Position numbers and translations under genes: made by a program. Below the pieces are notes generated by a model that worked only from the letters and a program-made list of their open reading frames with translations, had not been told where the DNA came from and made no database searches. A stretch of 64,000 nt of DNA from Octopus vulgaris. Taxonomy: Eukaryota. The stretch covers positions 9,858,001-9,922,000 of the forward strand of contig OX597837.1 in the NCBI GenBank assembly GCA_951406725.2. Reading direction: 5' to 3'. Positions within the stretch are counted from its first letter, which is position 1, and each line of letters opens with the position of its first letter. Positions 43,237 to 56,447 of the stretch are shown here, piece by piece.

Positions 43237-43508
43237 TACGACGGGCTTCTTTCAGTTTCCGTCTACCAAATCCACTCACAAGGCTTTGGTCGGCCCGAGG
43301 CTATAGTAGAAGGCACTTGCCCAAGGTGCCACGCAGTGGGATTGAACCCGGAACCATGTGGTTGGTAAACAAGCTAATTACCACACAGCCACAAGTACCA
43401 GACTTTAAAAAAAATGTACCGGGGACTATTTGTTCGACTAAAACTATTCAAGGTTGTGCCCCAGCATGACCGCAATCCAACAACTGAAACAGCTAAAAGA
43501 TAAAAGAT
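42656..43508 (+). mobile_element. Older SINE A copy interrupted by a younger inverted SINE A (42952-43392, -)
   Basis: Host sequence GATAGAAT|AAGTACC is split; the inner copy is near-identical to other young copies. Confidence 0.8.
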
Positions 43509-44197
43509 ACGATTATTGTACTATTAGCTAATGTTTTTCCATCTATTTCGCTTCCCGGTTGTTCTCTGTTGCAATCTGCTGTAATGTTTCCTTGTTGAAA
43601 ATTCACGGTTTTCTGACGAGAAAATGTCGCACTTTACTCTCTTGTATTTACAATGTAATTTCCATATTACATAGTTTGTTTGATCTATGTTCTGTAATTT
43701 GTATTTGACAGGAAATGTTTTTTCTCATCGACTGCAAATCACAAAAGCCTTTCCCATCTGTATTTATATCAAAGTTGTATGTTTGTTTGTTTTTTTCAAA
43801 TCAGTCTGGTGTAATTGTAATATATTCTAACGTCGATTTTCTGGTTAAGTGTATGTACACAGATAGTAAACTGTAGTTAACACTTGAATAATTTAAATAA
43901 GTACAGTGTGGAAGACAGATATTTAACTATGCAAAAATACACAAAGGTTGTTTGACTTTGCTTAAACATTTATGATTTAGTGTTGAAATCTACGTCGTGT
44001 CAACTGCGACCTTGCGACCGAGGCGTTGTCAGTGTGACTTTGACACAAACCTGGGATAGTCCGAACTTGGACTGGGGATCAATGATGAGATATTTTAAAA
44101 GAACGGAAATACCCAATGGCAGCAGAATACGACACTGTGCCCAAATATTTCATCTGTAGATACTCACACACACACGCTCTTTCTCTCTCTCTCTCCG

Positions 44198-44240
<43 letters not shown>

Positions 44241-44338
44241 CTCTCTCTCTCTCTCGCTCTCTCACACATTAGAAGCTTAACAGTGTTCCAATGAAAACAC
44301 CAGAATATAACACTGGTGTTGTGTCCGAATATTGCATC

Positions 44339-44417
<79 letters not shown>

Positions 44418-44580
44418 TAAGTAATTAAGGGTTTAGCAACGAATTGCCTCACCAACACACCGAATTTAGAAATTACTTAGTATTACTTAAATTTTCCTCG
44501 AATGGGGCTTTTACATGCCGAAATCTACTTGGTGTAATTGATAATTATTCCAAATTAATTAATTTCACCCTTTATTATTA

Positions 44581-44640
<60 letters not shown>

Positions 44641-44786
44641 CATACATATATATATATATACATATACATACATATACATACACGCGCACATGCAAACACA
44701 CTCACACACACACACATATGTATGTATGTATGTACGTATGCATGTATATATGTATGTATGTATGTGTGTGTGTATCTATGTATGTA

Positions 44787-44817
<31 letters not shown>

Positions 44818-44955
44818 ATGTATGTATATATGTATGTATGTAAGATAGAAAATATTTTAGTGGGGAAACACATTTGGTGGATATAAATAGTGAAAGAGAA
44901 AACATGAAAAAAAAACACAAAAGAATCTTGCAAACCAAATCCAAAAACGAAACAA

Positions 44956-45156
44956 AAGATTTGTTTTACAGGATTTAAGAGTATATTTAAGAGTATAATA
45001 ATAATAGTAAAGATATTATACAATTTTGTACAGAATAACTAAGGACCAGTCCTTACTTCAATTATGTCGAAAGAACAAAACCTTGCTTTGTACAAAATTG
45101 TATATCTTCATTATCATGGCTCTAAGTATGCTCTTAAATCCGGTAAAACAAATCTT
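44956..45156. repeat. Imperfect ~200-bp foldback (MITE-like)
   Basis: AAGATTTGTTTTACAGGATTTAAGAG / CTCTTAAATCCGGTAAAACAAATCTT and ATACAATTTTGTACA / TGTACAAAATTGTAT. Confidence 0.65.
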
Positions 45157-45162
45157 CTGTGT

Positions 45163-45219
<57 letters not shown>

Positions 45220-46369
45220 AAATGAGCAACAAGTATATCAGAGGTAATGTAATCAAAATGAGCAACAAGTATATCCGAGGTAATGTGGTACGATCGTTTC
45301 ATGCTACTTCATTTCATTACACACTTGTTGCTTATTTTGATTGTAATCACCCCATGGATTTACATGGATAATACCATACAAAATTCTGGTGCCTTTGACT
45401 TAAGTACCATATTCATCTGAATCTAAATTTTGCTGAACTTATATATACATACATACATACATACATACATACATACATACATTACATACATTACATACAT
45501 TCATACATATGTACGTACGTATGTAAGTATATATAACATGGGTCCGGGCTTGCTCAATCTCGCTCGAATCACCTGGATGAGGGATTATATTTTAAGATCC
45601 GAAACAGTCAGTAACCCCGCGATTCAACGCTGACGATGAGCCCAAGCAGTGCATCTGAAAACATATTGCAAGTGTAGCGCCTTCTTCGATGATAGTACAA
45701 GATACATTCATTCATAGAACATACAAAATGCACAAACTTTTCTGTTAAGCTTTCATACCAATTAAGCTGAAAATAACTTCTCATATGTTGTGGGCTGTAA
45801 AACACTTAGATAATTACCACACAGCGTATATAATTCTACATTCTTGGCATTTTGCAATTATTTTAGTAGAACGTTCACCTTATCTTGTGCGGGAATTACA
45901 AAAATCCATCGAGACTCATTTTATTCCATTCTCCTTTACGTTTTTAGCTATCATTTTAATCTTTTGTTCTTTTATCGTTCTTGAGCTCAATGGCTTGAAG
46001 TTCTGGTTACCCTCTTTTCATAGAGTGGCTTAGATCACAACATTCTCCTGCGAAGAGGACGCCGGACCGTTCTCGGTTTCAAATCCAGAGAAAGAGTGAG
46101 TAAGTTGTCTACATCGACTCCGGGTTTTGAATGAATGAAAGCTTCCTTGGGCAATTGTCTTCTACTACTGCCCAATGTCGACCAACGCCATGTAAGTGAA
46201 TTTGGTAGACAGAAATTGAAGGAAGCCCGGCTGTGTGCTGAGACGTTTGCTTCCCAGCGACACAGTTCCAGGTTCAGTCCCACTGCGTGGCACCTTCAGC
46301 GAGTTGGACCGACCAAAGATTTGTGAGTGGATTTGACAGACAGAAACTGAAAGAAGCCCGTTTATATGT

Positions 46370-46471
<102 letters not shown>

Positions 46472-46511
46472 GTGCGTGTGTGTGTGTGTATACCGAAATA
46501 CATGCAAAAGC

Positions 46512-46780
46512 CGTCGAGCTGGCAGAATCGTTAGCACGCTGGGCGAAATGCTTAACGGTATTTCGTCTGCCGTTACGTTCTGAGTTCAAATTCCGCCGAG
46601 GTCGACTTTACTTTTCATCCTTTCGGGGTCGATAAATTAAGTACCAGTTACGCACTGGGGTCGATATAATCGACTTAATCAGTTTGTCTGTCCTTGTTTG
46701 TCCCCTTTTATGTTTAGCCCCTTGTGGGCAATAAAGAAATAGGTATTTCGTCTGTCTTAATCCCTTTGTCTGTCCTTATT
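46512..46780 (+). mobile_element. SINE family B
   Basis: Head, body and start of a second unit at ~46742. Confidence 0.85.
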
Positions 46781-47096
46781 TGTCTCTTCTACGTTTGTAA
46801 TCGAAAGATCCAGCACTGTTACATACAGTCGTTCGTTCATTATATCTGTGGATTATGTTAATGGCATACGCGTATGTAGATTCGAGGGTTATATTAATCG
46901 TACACAAAGTATGTAAAATGCTCAACCAATTAAAATAGAAAGATACAAGATTCAGTTTCCTCACACACACATTGTGTCAGACTCATTCTACTACACAAAA
47001 ACGTTAAGGGTACACGTGGCTTTGGAATAACGCTGCCACCATAAATCAATCGATCTATCTAATCACCTGTCTATCTAACTGCTTACAGCCTGCGTG

Positions 47097-47160
<64 letters not shown>

Positions 47161-47188
47161 CCTATCTATCTATCCACCTGTCTACGTG

Positions 47189-47250
<62 letters not shown>

Positions 47251-47390
47251 AAAATATAAAATGGGACAAGAACGCAAAACATTCAAATAGACGACACAAA
47301 AAACGAACGGGTCATTCAAAGCCTCTAATCTTCAGTCAAGAACCGGATCATCCTCGCAATTTCGGCTGATTAATCTTATATATATATAAG

Positions 47391-47449
<59 letters not shown>

Positions 47450-47815
47450 GTGTGGTAAGAAGCTTGCTTCACAACCACTTCCGGGTTCAGTCCCACAGCG
47501 TGGCACCTTGGGCAAGTGTCTTCTACTATAGCCTCCGGACGACCAAAGCCTTGTGAGTGGATCTGGTAGACGGAAACTGAAAGAAGATCGTGGGTGTGTG
47601 TGTGTGTGTGTATTTATGTGTCTGTGTTTGTCCTCCCATCGTCGCTTGACAACTGATGTCGGTGTGTTTACGTCCATATAACTTAGCGGTTCGGCAAATG
47701 AGAACAATAGAACAAGTACAAGCCTTACAAAGAATACGTTCTGAGGTCAATTTGTTCGACTGAAAGGCGGTGCTCCAGCATGGCCGTAGTCAAACGATTG
47801 AAACAAGACAAAGAA
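47450..47815 (+). mobile_element. SINE family A
   Basis: Family motifs. Confidence 0.8.
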
Positions 47816-47847
47816 TAACCGTAAACACACACACACATACACACACG

Positions 47848-47923
<76 letters not shown>

Positions 47924-47994
47924 TATATATATTTGCATATGAGTGTGTGAACAGTTATCTATCTATGTCTATATGTGGGTGTATGTGCACGTAT

Positions 47995-48331
47995 AAAGAC
48001 CCCCTTCGGTCATGAGTGACCATGGGTTTGCACCTAGAGAGTTACCCTCTGAGGCACAAGTCTGGGCAAGGTTGTTTTTATGGAAGACCAGCAGTCACCC
48101 ATGCATACCAGCCTCCCCTCTCCACGCCACCAGTGTTATCCAAGGGAAAGACAAAGGCCGATACAGCTTGGCACCAGTGACGTCGCAACTCATTTCTACA
48201 GCTGAGTGAACTGGAGCAACGTGAAATAAAGTGCTTTGCTCAAGAACACAACACGCAGCCCGGTCCGGGATTCGAACTCACAACCTCACGATCGTAAGCT
48301 CGACGCTCTAACCACTGAGCCATGCGCCTCC
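47995..48331 (-). mobile_element. tRNA-headed CORE-type SINE
   Basis: Minus: GGAGGCGCATGGCTCAGTGGTTAGAGCG...GAGTTCGAATCCC...GTGTTCTTGAGCAAAGCACTTTA. Confidence 0.85.
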
Positions 48332-48344
48332 ATATATGTGCACG

Positions 48345-48419
<75 letters not shown>

Positions 48420-48432
48420 ATGTATGTATATA

Positions 48433-48478
<46 letters not shown>

Positions 48479-48531
48479 TATATACATACATATATATATA
48501 TATGTATGTATAAATGTGTATTTATATACAT

Positions 48532-48573
<42 letters not shown>

Positions 48574-49216
48574 CTACATGTGTACGGATGAATGTATGTA
48601 TGTATGTATGTAAATGGATGGGTGTTTGTAAATGTATATCTTTATACAAGCACACACACACACACACACATACACGTACATAAACACAGTCTTAAATTTC
48701 TTCAGAAAACGCGATACACTCCCACAAAAAAAAAAACGAAAGAAAAAGAAAAAAAAACGCATCAAACATTTTTTCTCAATGGATTCTCGATCCATCACCG
48801 ACCCCCACCCCCTCCATCACCACCACCACCACCACCACTTCAATCTCCAGCCACCTGTCACCTTTTCTATTCTGTAGAAATCACCCCACAGGCGTACAAG
48901 AAGAAGAATATTACAACATTGATCTCACCCGTCTGGGAATATCTACAAAGGTCAAGGACATAGACCAATCACCTCTAAATAAATAAGAAATTATTCGGAT
49001 TTATATATGTATATATATATGTGTGAGTGTGTATGTGTGTGTGTGTGTGTGTCTGTGTGTGTGTGTGTGTGTGTATTTATTTATTAATTTATTTGTGAGT
49101 GTAAGTACGTTTCTCCTATGTGTGTGAGTGCGTGAATATAAGCATATAGGTGTGTGTATATATGAAGGTTAGCATGTATGTCTCTGCGTTTAGATGAATG
49201 ATTTTATATGTGTATT

Positions 49217-49258
<42 letters not shown>

Positions 49259-49572
49259 TGTGTGTGTGTGTGAAGATATGTGTACGTATAGAATCATTCC
49301 TACAAACACATACACGTACACACACATTTAGATATATTTATACCTATATATATAATTATATATATATATATATGTGTGTGTGTATGTGTATGTATGTATG
49401 TATGTATGTATGTATGTATGTATGTATGTATGCGTGTAGGTATACACACACTTCACAAACACATACACATACATATACTAAGTTACATGTGCATACACAC
49501 TTATCCAGATATAATCCAAGCCTAATTAGCGATATGGAATTCAGTAAGCTATTCAATTACTTAATAATCCAT

Positions 49573-49604
<32 letters not shown>

Positions 49605-50251
49605 CACACCCATACACACACACGTATACATACACACACGCATGCATACAGATATTTACACACATACATATATACGCACACACACATACGTAATCTCAAA
49701 TTCTTACGCACAAAAATTTTCTGACACATACACACATACATATATATACACACTGCCACACATACATATATACACACTGCCACACATACACACACTCACG
49801 TACGCTAACAGGAAGAAACAAAGACAGATACATAACTATGTAGACACACAAACATACACACACGCGCGCGCACATACACACACATACATACAATCACGTA
49901 CATAGATATGTTACACATATAGGCAGGTATACATTCGTGTGTACACAGGATGAGAGAGAGAGGCTAGTGTGGTTTTAATATCGACCATTGGGCGGGGCCC
50001 ATCGACAGAGATAAACCGTGTAGAGATTGCAAAATCGCTAATTTATTAGCCTCCATTGTTTTTTGTTGTCGGAGAGTTACAGAATCGTTAGCGCGATGGA
50101 CAAAATGCTTAGCAACATTTCGACCATCTTTACGTTCAGAGTTCAAAATCAGCCAAGATTCACTTTGCCTTTCAATGTTCGAGGGTCGATAAAATAAATC
50201 CACTAGCCCACTCCTCAAAATTCCAAGTTTTATTCCTTGTGCAGAAGAAAT

Positions 50252-50410
50252 TATTCGGCTGGTGCGTAATTATTGCGGCATTTTTTTTTCCAACAAATTT
50301 TATTCAACAAAAACCATAACAACATGTAACAAAAACATCTTTGAATGATTATTCCGGAGCATATTCACCATCTACTTCAATTACTGCTTCCCATTTGGTT
50401 GACAGACGGT
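50252..50410 (-). mobile_element. Mariner-like transposon 3' end (TIR plus transposase C-terminus)
   Basis: TATTCGGCTGGTGCGTAATTATTGCGG resembles mariner TIRs; minus reads DRLSTKWEAVIEVDGEYAPE*. Confidence 0.7.
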
Positions 50411-50492
50411 CAGACTGTAATTTAAAGATGTTTTTGTTAAATATTGGTATTGTTTATAAAGGCGACGAATATATATATATATATATATATAT

Positions 50493-50856
50493 ATTTGCCC
50501 TTACATCTCCAACACCACCCGCCTCACTAGCACCCACCATCGACCCTATCCCATCATCCACTCCTTCACCTGCACCTCCAGCAATATTATCTATTGCATC
50601 TCTTGCTCTCTCTGCAATTCCTTGTACATCGGACAAACGGGACGCCGCTTGGCTGACCGGTTCGCGGAACACCTTCGTGACATCCACCTTGCGAACGACA
50701 CACCGGTCTCACGCCATTTCCGCTCAACCGGTCACTCCTTGCAACACCTATCTGTGTTCGGTTTGTCCTTACACAGAGGCCATCCGGATTCCCGTTTGCG
50801 CCGTGAACAGGAATTAATCTTCTCTCTTCGCTCTTATACGCCATTTGGTCTCAACT
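50493..50856 (+). pseudogene. Penelope-like element GIY-YIG endonuclease domain (5'-truncated ORF)
   Basis: ICPYISN...SFTCTSSNIIYCISCSLCNSLYIGQTGRRLADRFAEHLRDI...VSRHF...GH...RLRREQELIFSLRSYTPFGLN; frame stays open to 51203. Confidence 0.9.
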
Positions 50857-51739
50857 CTCCCCCCTCCTCATCTAACCTCACCCCCTCCTCACCTATCCTT
50901 TCTCCCCCGACCCCTACTTCTTCAGTCCTTCATCCTTTCACCCCTACTCCCCTTCCCTTCTTCCCTCTTTCTCCCTCCCTCTTCCCCTTCCCTCTGCTCC
51001 CTCACTCCCTCTCTCCCCTTCTCTCTCCCCCTCTCTCTCCCCCTCTCCCTCTTTCCTCCTTCATCCCCCTCATCCCCTTCCTTCTCCCCCATCCTATCCT
51101 CTCCCCCTTCTCCTCCCCCTCTTCTTCCCCTCCCCTTCTCCCCCCTCTTCTCTTCCTCCCCCTCTTCTCCCCCTCCCCCTCTTCTCCTCACTACACCACA
51201 TGACTTTACACATCACATCACATATGATGTGCCATACTACATACACACACCAACTCATACCTACTAATACGTACTAATACATACTAGTACATACTAATAC
51301 TTACACCAACCCTATACATACACACGTCCAGACCCCGCATACGCACTTATACTCTCTCACACACACACACCTATACATACCAATACGTACTAATACATAC
51401 TAATACATACTAATACATATACCAACCCCATACATACGCACGTCCAGACCAATCTTACGCACTAATACTCTCTCATACACACACACACACACATACACAC
51501 ACCCTTATACATACTAATACATACACCAACCCTATACATACACACATCCAGACCCCTCCCACGCACTTTTAGCTGGTCCCTCAACCCTTTTATCAACCCT
51601 ATTATCTCCCCTTATTTCGCTCTCGCGTCTCATGTTTGATCTTTGACCTCTGGCCGAAATCAGATCGCCATGTTGATTCGTTAGCTACTGCACGCATTTT
51701 TTTTCTCTCCTTCTTTCTGTGTTTTTCTCTCTCTGTGTA

Positions 51740-51777
51740 TCTTTCTGTTGAAGAGCGTAGGCTCGAAACGTTAAAGA
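51740..51777 (+). ncRNA. Minimal hammerhead-like motif, non-canonical CTGTTGA core
   Basis: TCTTT-CTGTTGA-A-GAGC-GTAG-GCTC-GAAA-CG-TT-AAAGA. Confidence 0.55.
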
Positions 51778-52377
51778 CTTGTTTTATTTATATTTCCTGA
51801 GCGCCATACCAATACAATTGTTCGTTTGTTTTCCACCTGCCTTCGTCTTTTGTTTATTTTCATAAAGCTTCCCGTTATATATATGTATGTGTGAGTTTGA
51901 GGTTTAGAAACCAACTAAGGGATAGTACCTATCCAATATACTGCTGATAGTGTACCCAAATATTCATACACAAGTGCTAATTATTACGTGGCAATCTCGC
52001 AGTTGAGTATAATATATGGGCGGGGGTGAAAAATAGTTTACCCTTGATTTATACGGCAAATAAGAAAGTGGAAAGGATACAAAATTGGCACCTAGAACTA
52101 TATTTCTCATTCCAGCAGTACCCGCCAGTATAATGCACATATAAGTAAATAGAATAGTGCACTCGAATGTCAAAGGCAGCGAAAACAAGGAAATGGCGTT
52201 TAGGTGCCGAAAATGTAATGTTTAGTTATTGGCCACTGATGAAGGGATTCGACCTGTGCACATCCGTCAGTTCTAAATTTTCATTTTGCAGTAAATTCAT
52301 GCGTGAGCAAGCAAGCGCGTACACGTGCCTTTATATATGTACGCATCTGTATGTGAACATGTGTAAATATATATATA

Positions 52378-52415
<38 letters not shown>

Positions 52416-52627
52416 TGTGTGTAAATATACATGTATATTAAATATATACTTATGTAATATATGTAGGCGAATACATATACGTATATGTTCGGCCAAGTAT
52501 ATATATACTCACATGTAACAAATACATTATGCATGTATGTGCATATATGTGTGTGGGTGCATGCGTGTCTGTATATTTATATGTGTGCGTATACATATAT
52601 AATTGTCTATACATGTGACTGCATATG

Positions 52628-52707
<80 letters not shown>

Positions 52708-52711
52708 CATA

Positions 52712-52786
<75 letters not shown>

Positions 52787-52789
52787 TAT

Positions 52790-52829
<40 letters not shown>

Positions 52830-53157
52830 ATATACATTTGTATATTCGTGTATATATATTACGACATGTGTAGTGACGCTTTTGTGCCATCCCGTTCCAT
52901 AACAACTGTTTCTATTGATTACTTAAGAGTTCATTAGCGACACGACCTGACATTTCTCCAATTAACTAATTAGAATACAATCGTAAAATAGAACAAATAC
53001 CACCACCACCACCACCACCACCGCCCCTACCGGCAACTAGTAACATGAACAACAGCAACAACAATAATAACAACAACCACAATGCACAAAACACATGAGT
53101 CTGTATTGATTATTGACTTTGTGAATTACATTCTTTATTTATTTCATATATACATGT

Positions 53158-53560
53158 CGCAGGAGTGGCTGTGTGGTAAGTAGCTTGCTAACCAACCACA
53201 TGGTTCCGGGTTCAGTCCCACTGCGTGGCATCTTGGGCAAATGTCTTCTGCTATAGCCCCGGGCCGACCAATGCCTTGTGAGTGGATTTGGTAGACGGAA
53301 ACTGAAAGAAGCCTGTCGTATATATGTATATATATATGTGTGCGTGTGTGTTTATGTGTCTGTGTTTGTCCCCCTAGCATTGCTTGACAACCGATGCTGG
53401 TGTGTTTATGTCCCCGTAACTTAGCGGTTCGGCAAAAGAGACCGATAGAATAAGTACTGGGCTTACAAAGAATAAGTCCCGGGGTCGATTTGCTCGACTA
53501 AAGGCGGTGCTCCAGCATGGCCGCAGTCAAATGACTGAAACAAGTAAAAGAGTAAAAGAG
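53158..53560 (+). mobile_element. SINE family A, young full-length copy
   Basis: Complete head to GTAAAAGA tail. Confidence 0.9.
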
Positions 53561-53567
53561 AATGTTT

Positions 53568-53633
<66 letters not shown>

Positions 53634-53694
53634 GTAGGTAGGTAGGTAGATAGATAGATAGATAAATAGGTAGGTAGATAGATAGATAGATAGG

Positions 53695-53935
53695 GAGAGT
53701 TTACGAAAAAAAAACAAAAGACAAAGATAGGTGGTGTACAAAACAAACAGATGTATTAGTATAACGCTCAGGAATTGAAAAAGTCTTTTACGTTTCGAGC
53801 CTACGCTCTTCTACAGAAAGGGACACAGAAAAAACAAGGAGAGAAAAAATGTGTGTAATAGCTAACGATCTATCATGGCGACTGCCAGACAGAAGGGTCA
53901 CACACGAGAGGGAAGAAGTAGGGAGATAACAAAGA
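53695..53935 (-). mobile_element. Penelope-type terminal repeat with HHR-like motif (53785-53820)
   Basis: Minus CTTT-CTGTAGA-AGAGCGTAGGCTC-GAAA-CG-TA-AAAG; homologous to 51600-51876. Confidence 0.75.
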
Positions 53936-54024
53936 TAGGTAGGTAGGTAGGTAGGTGGATAAAAATTTATATCATAATATTTTAGATGCTCGATCAGCAC
54001 CTGTAGTCGAACAAATCTTCTTTG

Positions 54025-54129
54025 TATTCGGCTCTTTTGCCGAACCGCTAAGTTATGAGGGCATAAACACACCTGCATCGGTTGTTAAGCGATAGTGGGG
54101 GTACAAACACCAACACACCGACACACAAG

Positions 54130-54191
<62 letters not shown>

Positions 54192-54812
54192 AACACACAC
54201 ACACATACACACACATGCACGTTTGTATATATACAACGGGCTTCTTTCAGTTTCCGTCTACCAAATCGACACACAAGGCTTTGACCGGCCCGGATCTATG
54301 ATAGAAGACAATTGCTCAAGGTTCCATGTAGTGGGACTGAACCCGGAACCATGTGGTTGGTAAGTCAGCTACTTACCACACAGCCACACCTGTGCCTATA
54401 TACATACTCTTTTACTCTTTTACTTGTTTCAGTCAGTTGATTGCGGCCATGTTGGAGCACCGCCTTTAGTCGAGCAACTCGACCCCGGGACTTATTCTTT
54501 GTAAGCCCAGTACTTATTCTATCGGTCTCTTTTGCCGAATCGCTAAGTGACGGGACATAAACACACCAGCATCGGTTGTCAAGGGATGTTGGGGGAACAA
54601 ACACAGACACACAAACACACACATGCATATACATATATACATATATACATATATGCGACGGGCTTCTTTCAGTTTCCGTCTCCCAAATCCACTCACAAGG
54701 CTTTGGTCGGCCCGAGGCTATAGTAGAAGACACTTGCCCAAGGTGCCACGCAGTGGGACTGAACCCAGAACCATGTGGTTGGTAAGCAAGCTACTTACCA
54801 CACAGCCACTCA
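54025..54812 (-). mobile_element. Two adjacent SINE family A copies
   Basis: Reverse heads end at ~54397 and ~54811. Confidence 0.85.
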
Positions 54813-55009
54813 AAATTATATTATGTATGTGCGTGTGTATAAACACTTTCAAAACATCATTCAAACAAAAAATATTACTTTGGCTTCGTCAGACAGGAGA
54901 CGGAAATTGTTTTTGATGGACAAGTGTAGCGGTGGTGGTCAGGGCTGGAGTGGGGGATTGGTGCGGAGCGATGGAATATGGGGATGTTGATGCTGAAGTT
55001 GATGTTGTG

Positions 55010-56385
55010 GTGGTTGGTGGTAGTGGCGGTGATGACGATGATGATGATGGTAGTGGTGGTGGTGGTGGCGGGTGGTGTTGGTGGTTGTGGTGGTGGTGGT
55101 GGTGGTGGTGGTGGTGGTGGTGGCGGGTGGTGGTGATGGCGGGTGGTGGTGATAGTGATGATGATGCTGGTTGTGGCGATGATGATGATGATGATAACGA
55201 TAATGGTGAAGATGTTCTTGCTGTTGGTGACAATGATGATGATGATGATGGTGGTGGTAGTGGTGATGCCAGCGATGAGGATTATCATCATCATGTTGCT
55301 GTTGCTGTTGATGGTGATGAGGAGGAGGAGGAGGGGAGGAGAAGGAACAGGAGGTGGAGAGGGGAAGGGGAGGAGTGTGGTGGTGGTCATGGTGGTGGTT
55401 GTGCTGCTGCTGCTGCTGCTTCTACTGTTGCTACTGGTGATGGTGCGGGCTTTGGTAGTGGTGGTGGTAGTGGTGGTGGTGGTGGTGGTGGTGGTGGTGG
55501 TGGTGGTGGTGGTGGTGGTGGTGGTGGTGGTGATGGTAGTGGTGGTGGTGGTGGTGGTGGTGGTGGTGGTGGTGGTGGTGGTGGTGGTGGTGGTGGTGGT
55601 GGTGATGGTAGTGGTGGTGGTGGTGGTGGTGGAATGGTGGTGGTGGTGGTGGTGGTGGTGATGGTGGTGGTGGTGATGGTGGTGGTGGTGGTGGTGGTGG
55701 TGGTGGTGGTGGTGGTGGTGGTGGTGGTGGTGATGGTGGTGGTGGTGGTGGTGGTGGTGTTGGTGGTGGTGGTGGTGGTGGTGGTGGTGGTGGTGGTGGT
55801 GGTGGTGGTGGTGGTGGTGGTGGTGGTTGTTGGTGGTGGTGGTGATGGTGGTGGTGGCGGTGGGTGGTGGAGATATCTGGGGCAAGCATTGCTGTTGGAA
55901 GCTGCAGATCTGTTTACAAGGAGATTGGAAGATGTACACGTAGAAGACATGGTGCTGGAGGTGGTGGTGGTGATGGTGGTGGTGGTGGTGGTGGTGGTGG
56001 TGGTGGTGGTGGTGGTGGTGGTGGTGGTGATGGTGGTGGTGGTGATGGTGGTGGTGGTGGTGGTGGTGGTGGTGGTGGTGGTGGTGGTGGTGGTGGTGGT
56101 GGTGGTGGTGGTGGTGGTGGTGGTGTTGGTGGTGGTGGTGGTGGTGATGGTAGTGGTGGTGGTGGTGGTGGTGGTGGTGGTGGTGGTGGTGGTGGTGTTG
56201 ATGGTGGTGGTGGTGGTGGTGGTGGTGGTGGTGATGATGGTGGTGGTGGTGGTGGTGGTGGTGGTGGTGGTGGTGGTGGTGGTGGTGGTGGTGGTGGTGG
56301 TGGTGGTGGTGGTGGTGATTGGTAGTGGTGGTGGTGGTGGTGGTGGTGGTGGTGGTGGTGGTGGTGGTGGTGGTGGTGGTAGCAT
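55010..56385. repeat. (GGT)n/(GAT)n trinucleotide region with unique islands
   Basis: Direct reading. Confidence 0.9.
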
Positions 56386-56447
56386 TGATGGTAATGTTTG
56401 CATTAGTATCCCGTTGCAAGATTCTTCACTTTGGTGAGACATTTCCG
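55387..56447 (-). CDS. Possible Pro/Thr-rich terminal coding exon of an unknown host gene
   Basis: Minus-strand pyrimidine tract and CAG (56450-56448) precede EMSHQSEESCNGILMQTLPSMLPPP; unique islands stay in frame. (ACC)n has no stops in any frame, so evidence is weak. Confidence 0.3.

Larger units (their letters stand above)
50493..51876 (+). mobile_element. 5'-truncated Penelope-like retroelement with terminal repeat, inserted in (TA)n
   Basis: (TA)n at 50469-50492, GIY-YIG, pyrimidine tract, terminal repeat with HHR-like motif, TATATA at ~51876. Confidence 0.8.

Noticed and set aside
45566-45626. HHR-like CTGGATGA-GGGAT...ATCC-GAAA-CAGTCAG-TA
   Set aside because: Extra base in the core and stem I is not adjacent to the cleavage site.
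48878-48950. Possible 73-bp plus-strand exon (good acceptor, AAG|GTCAAG donor)
   Set aside because: Weak donor, no recognisable peptide, no partner exons.
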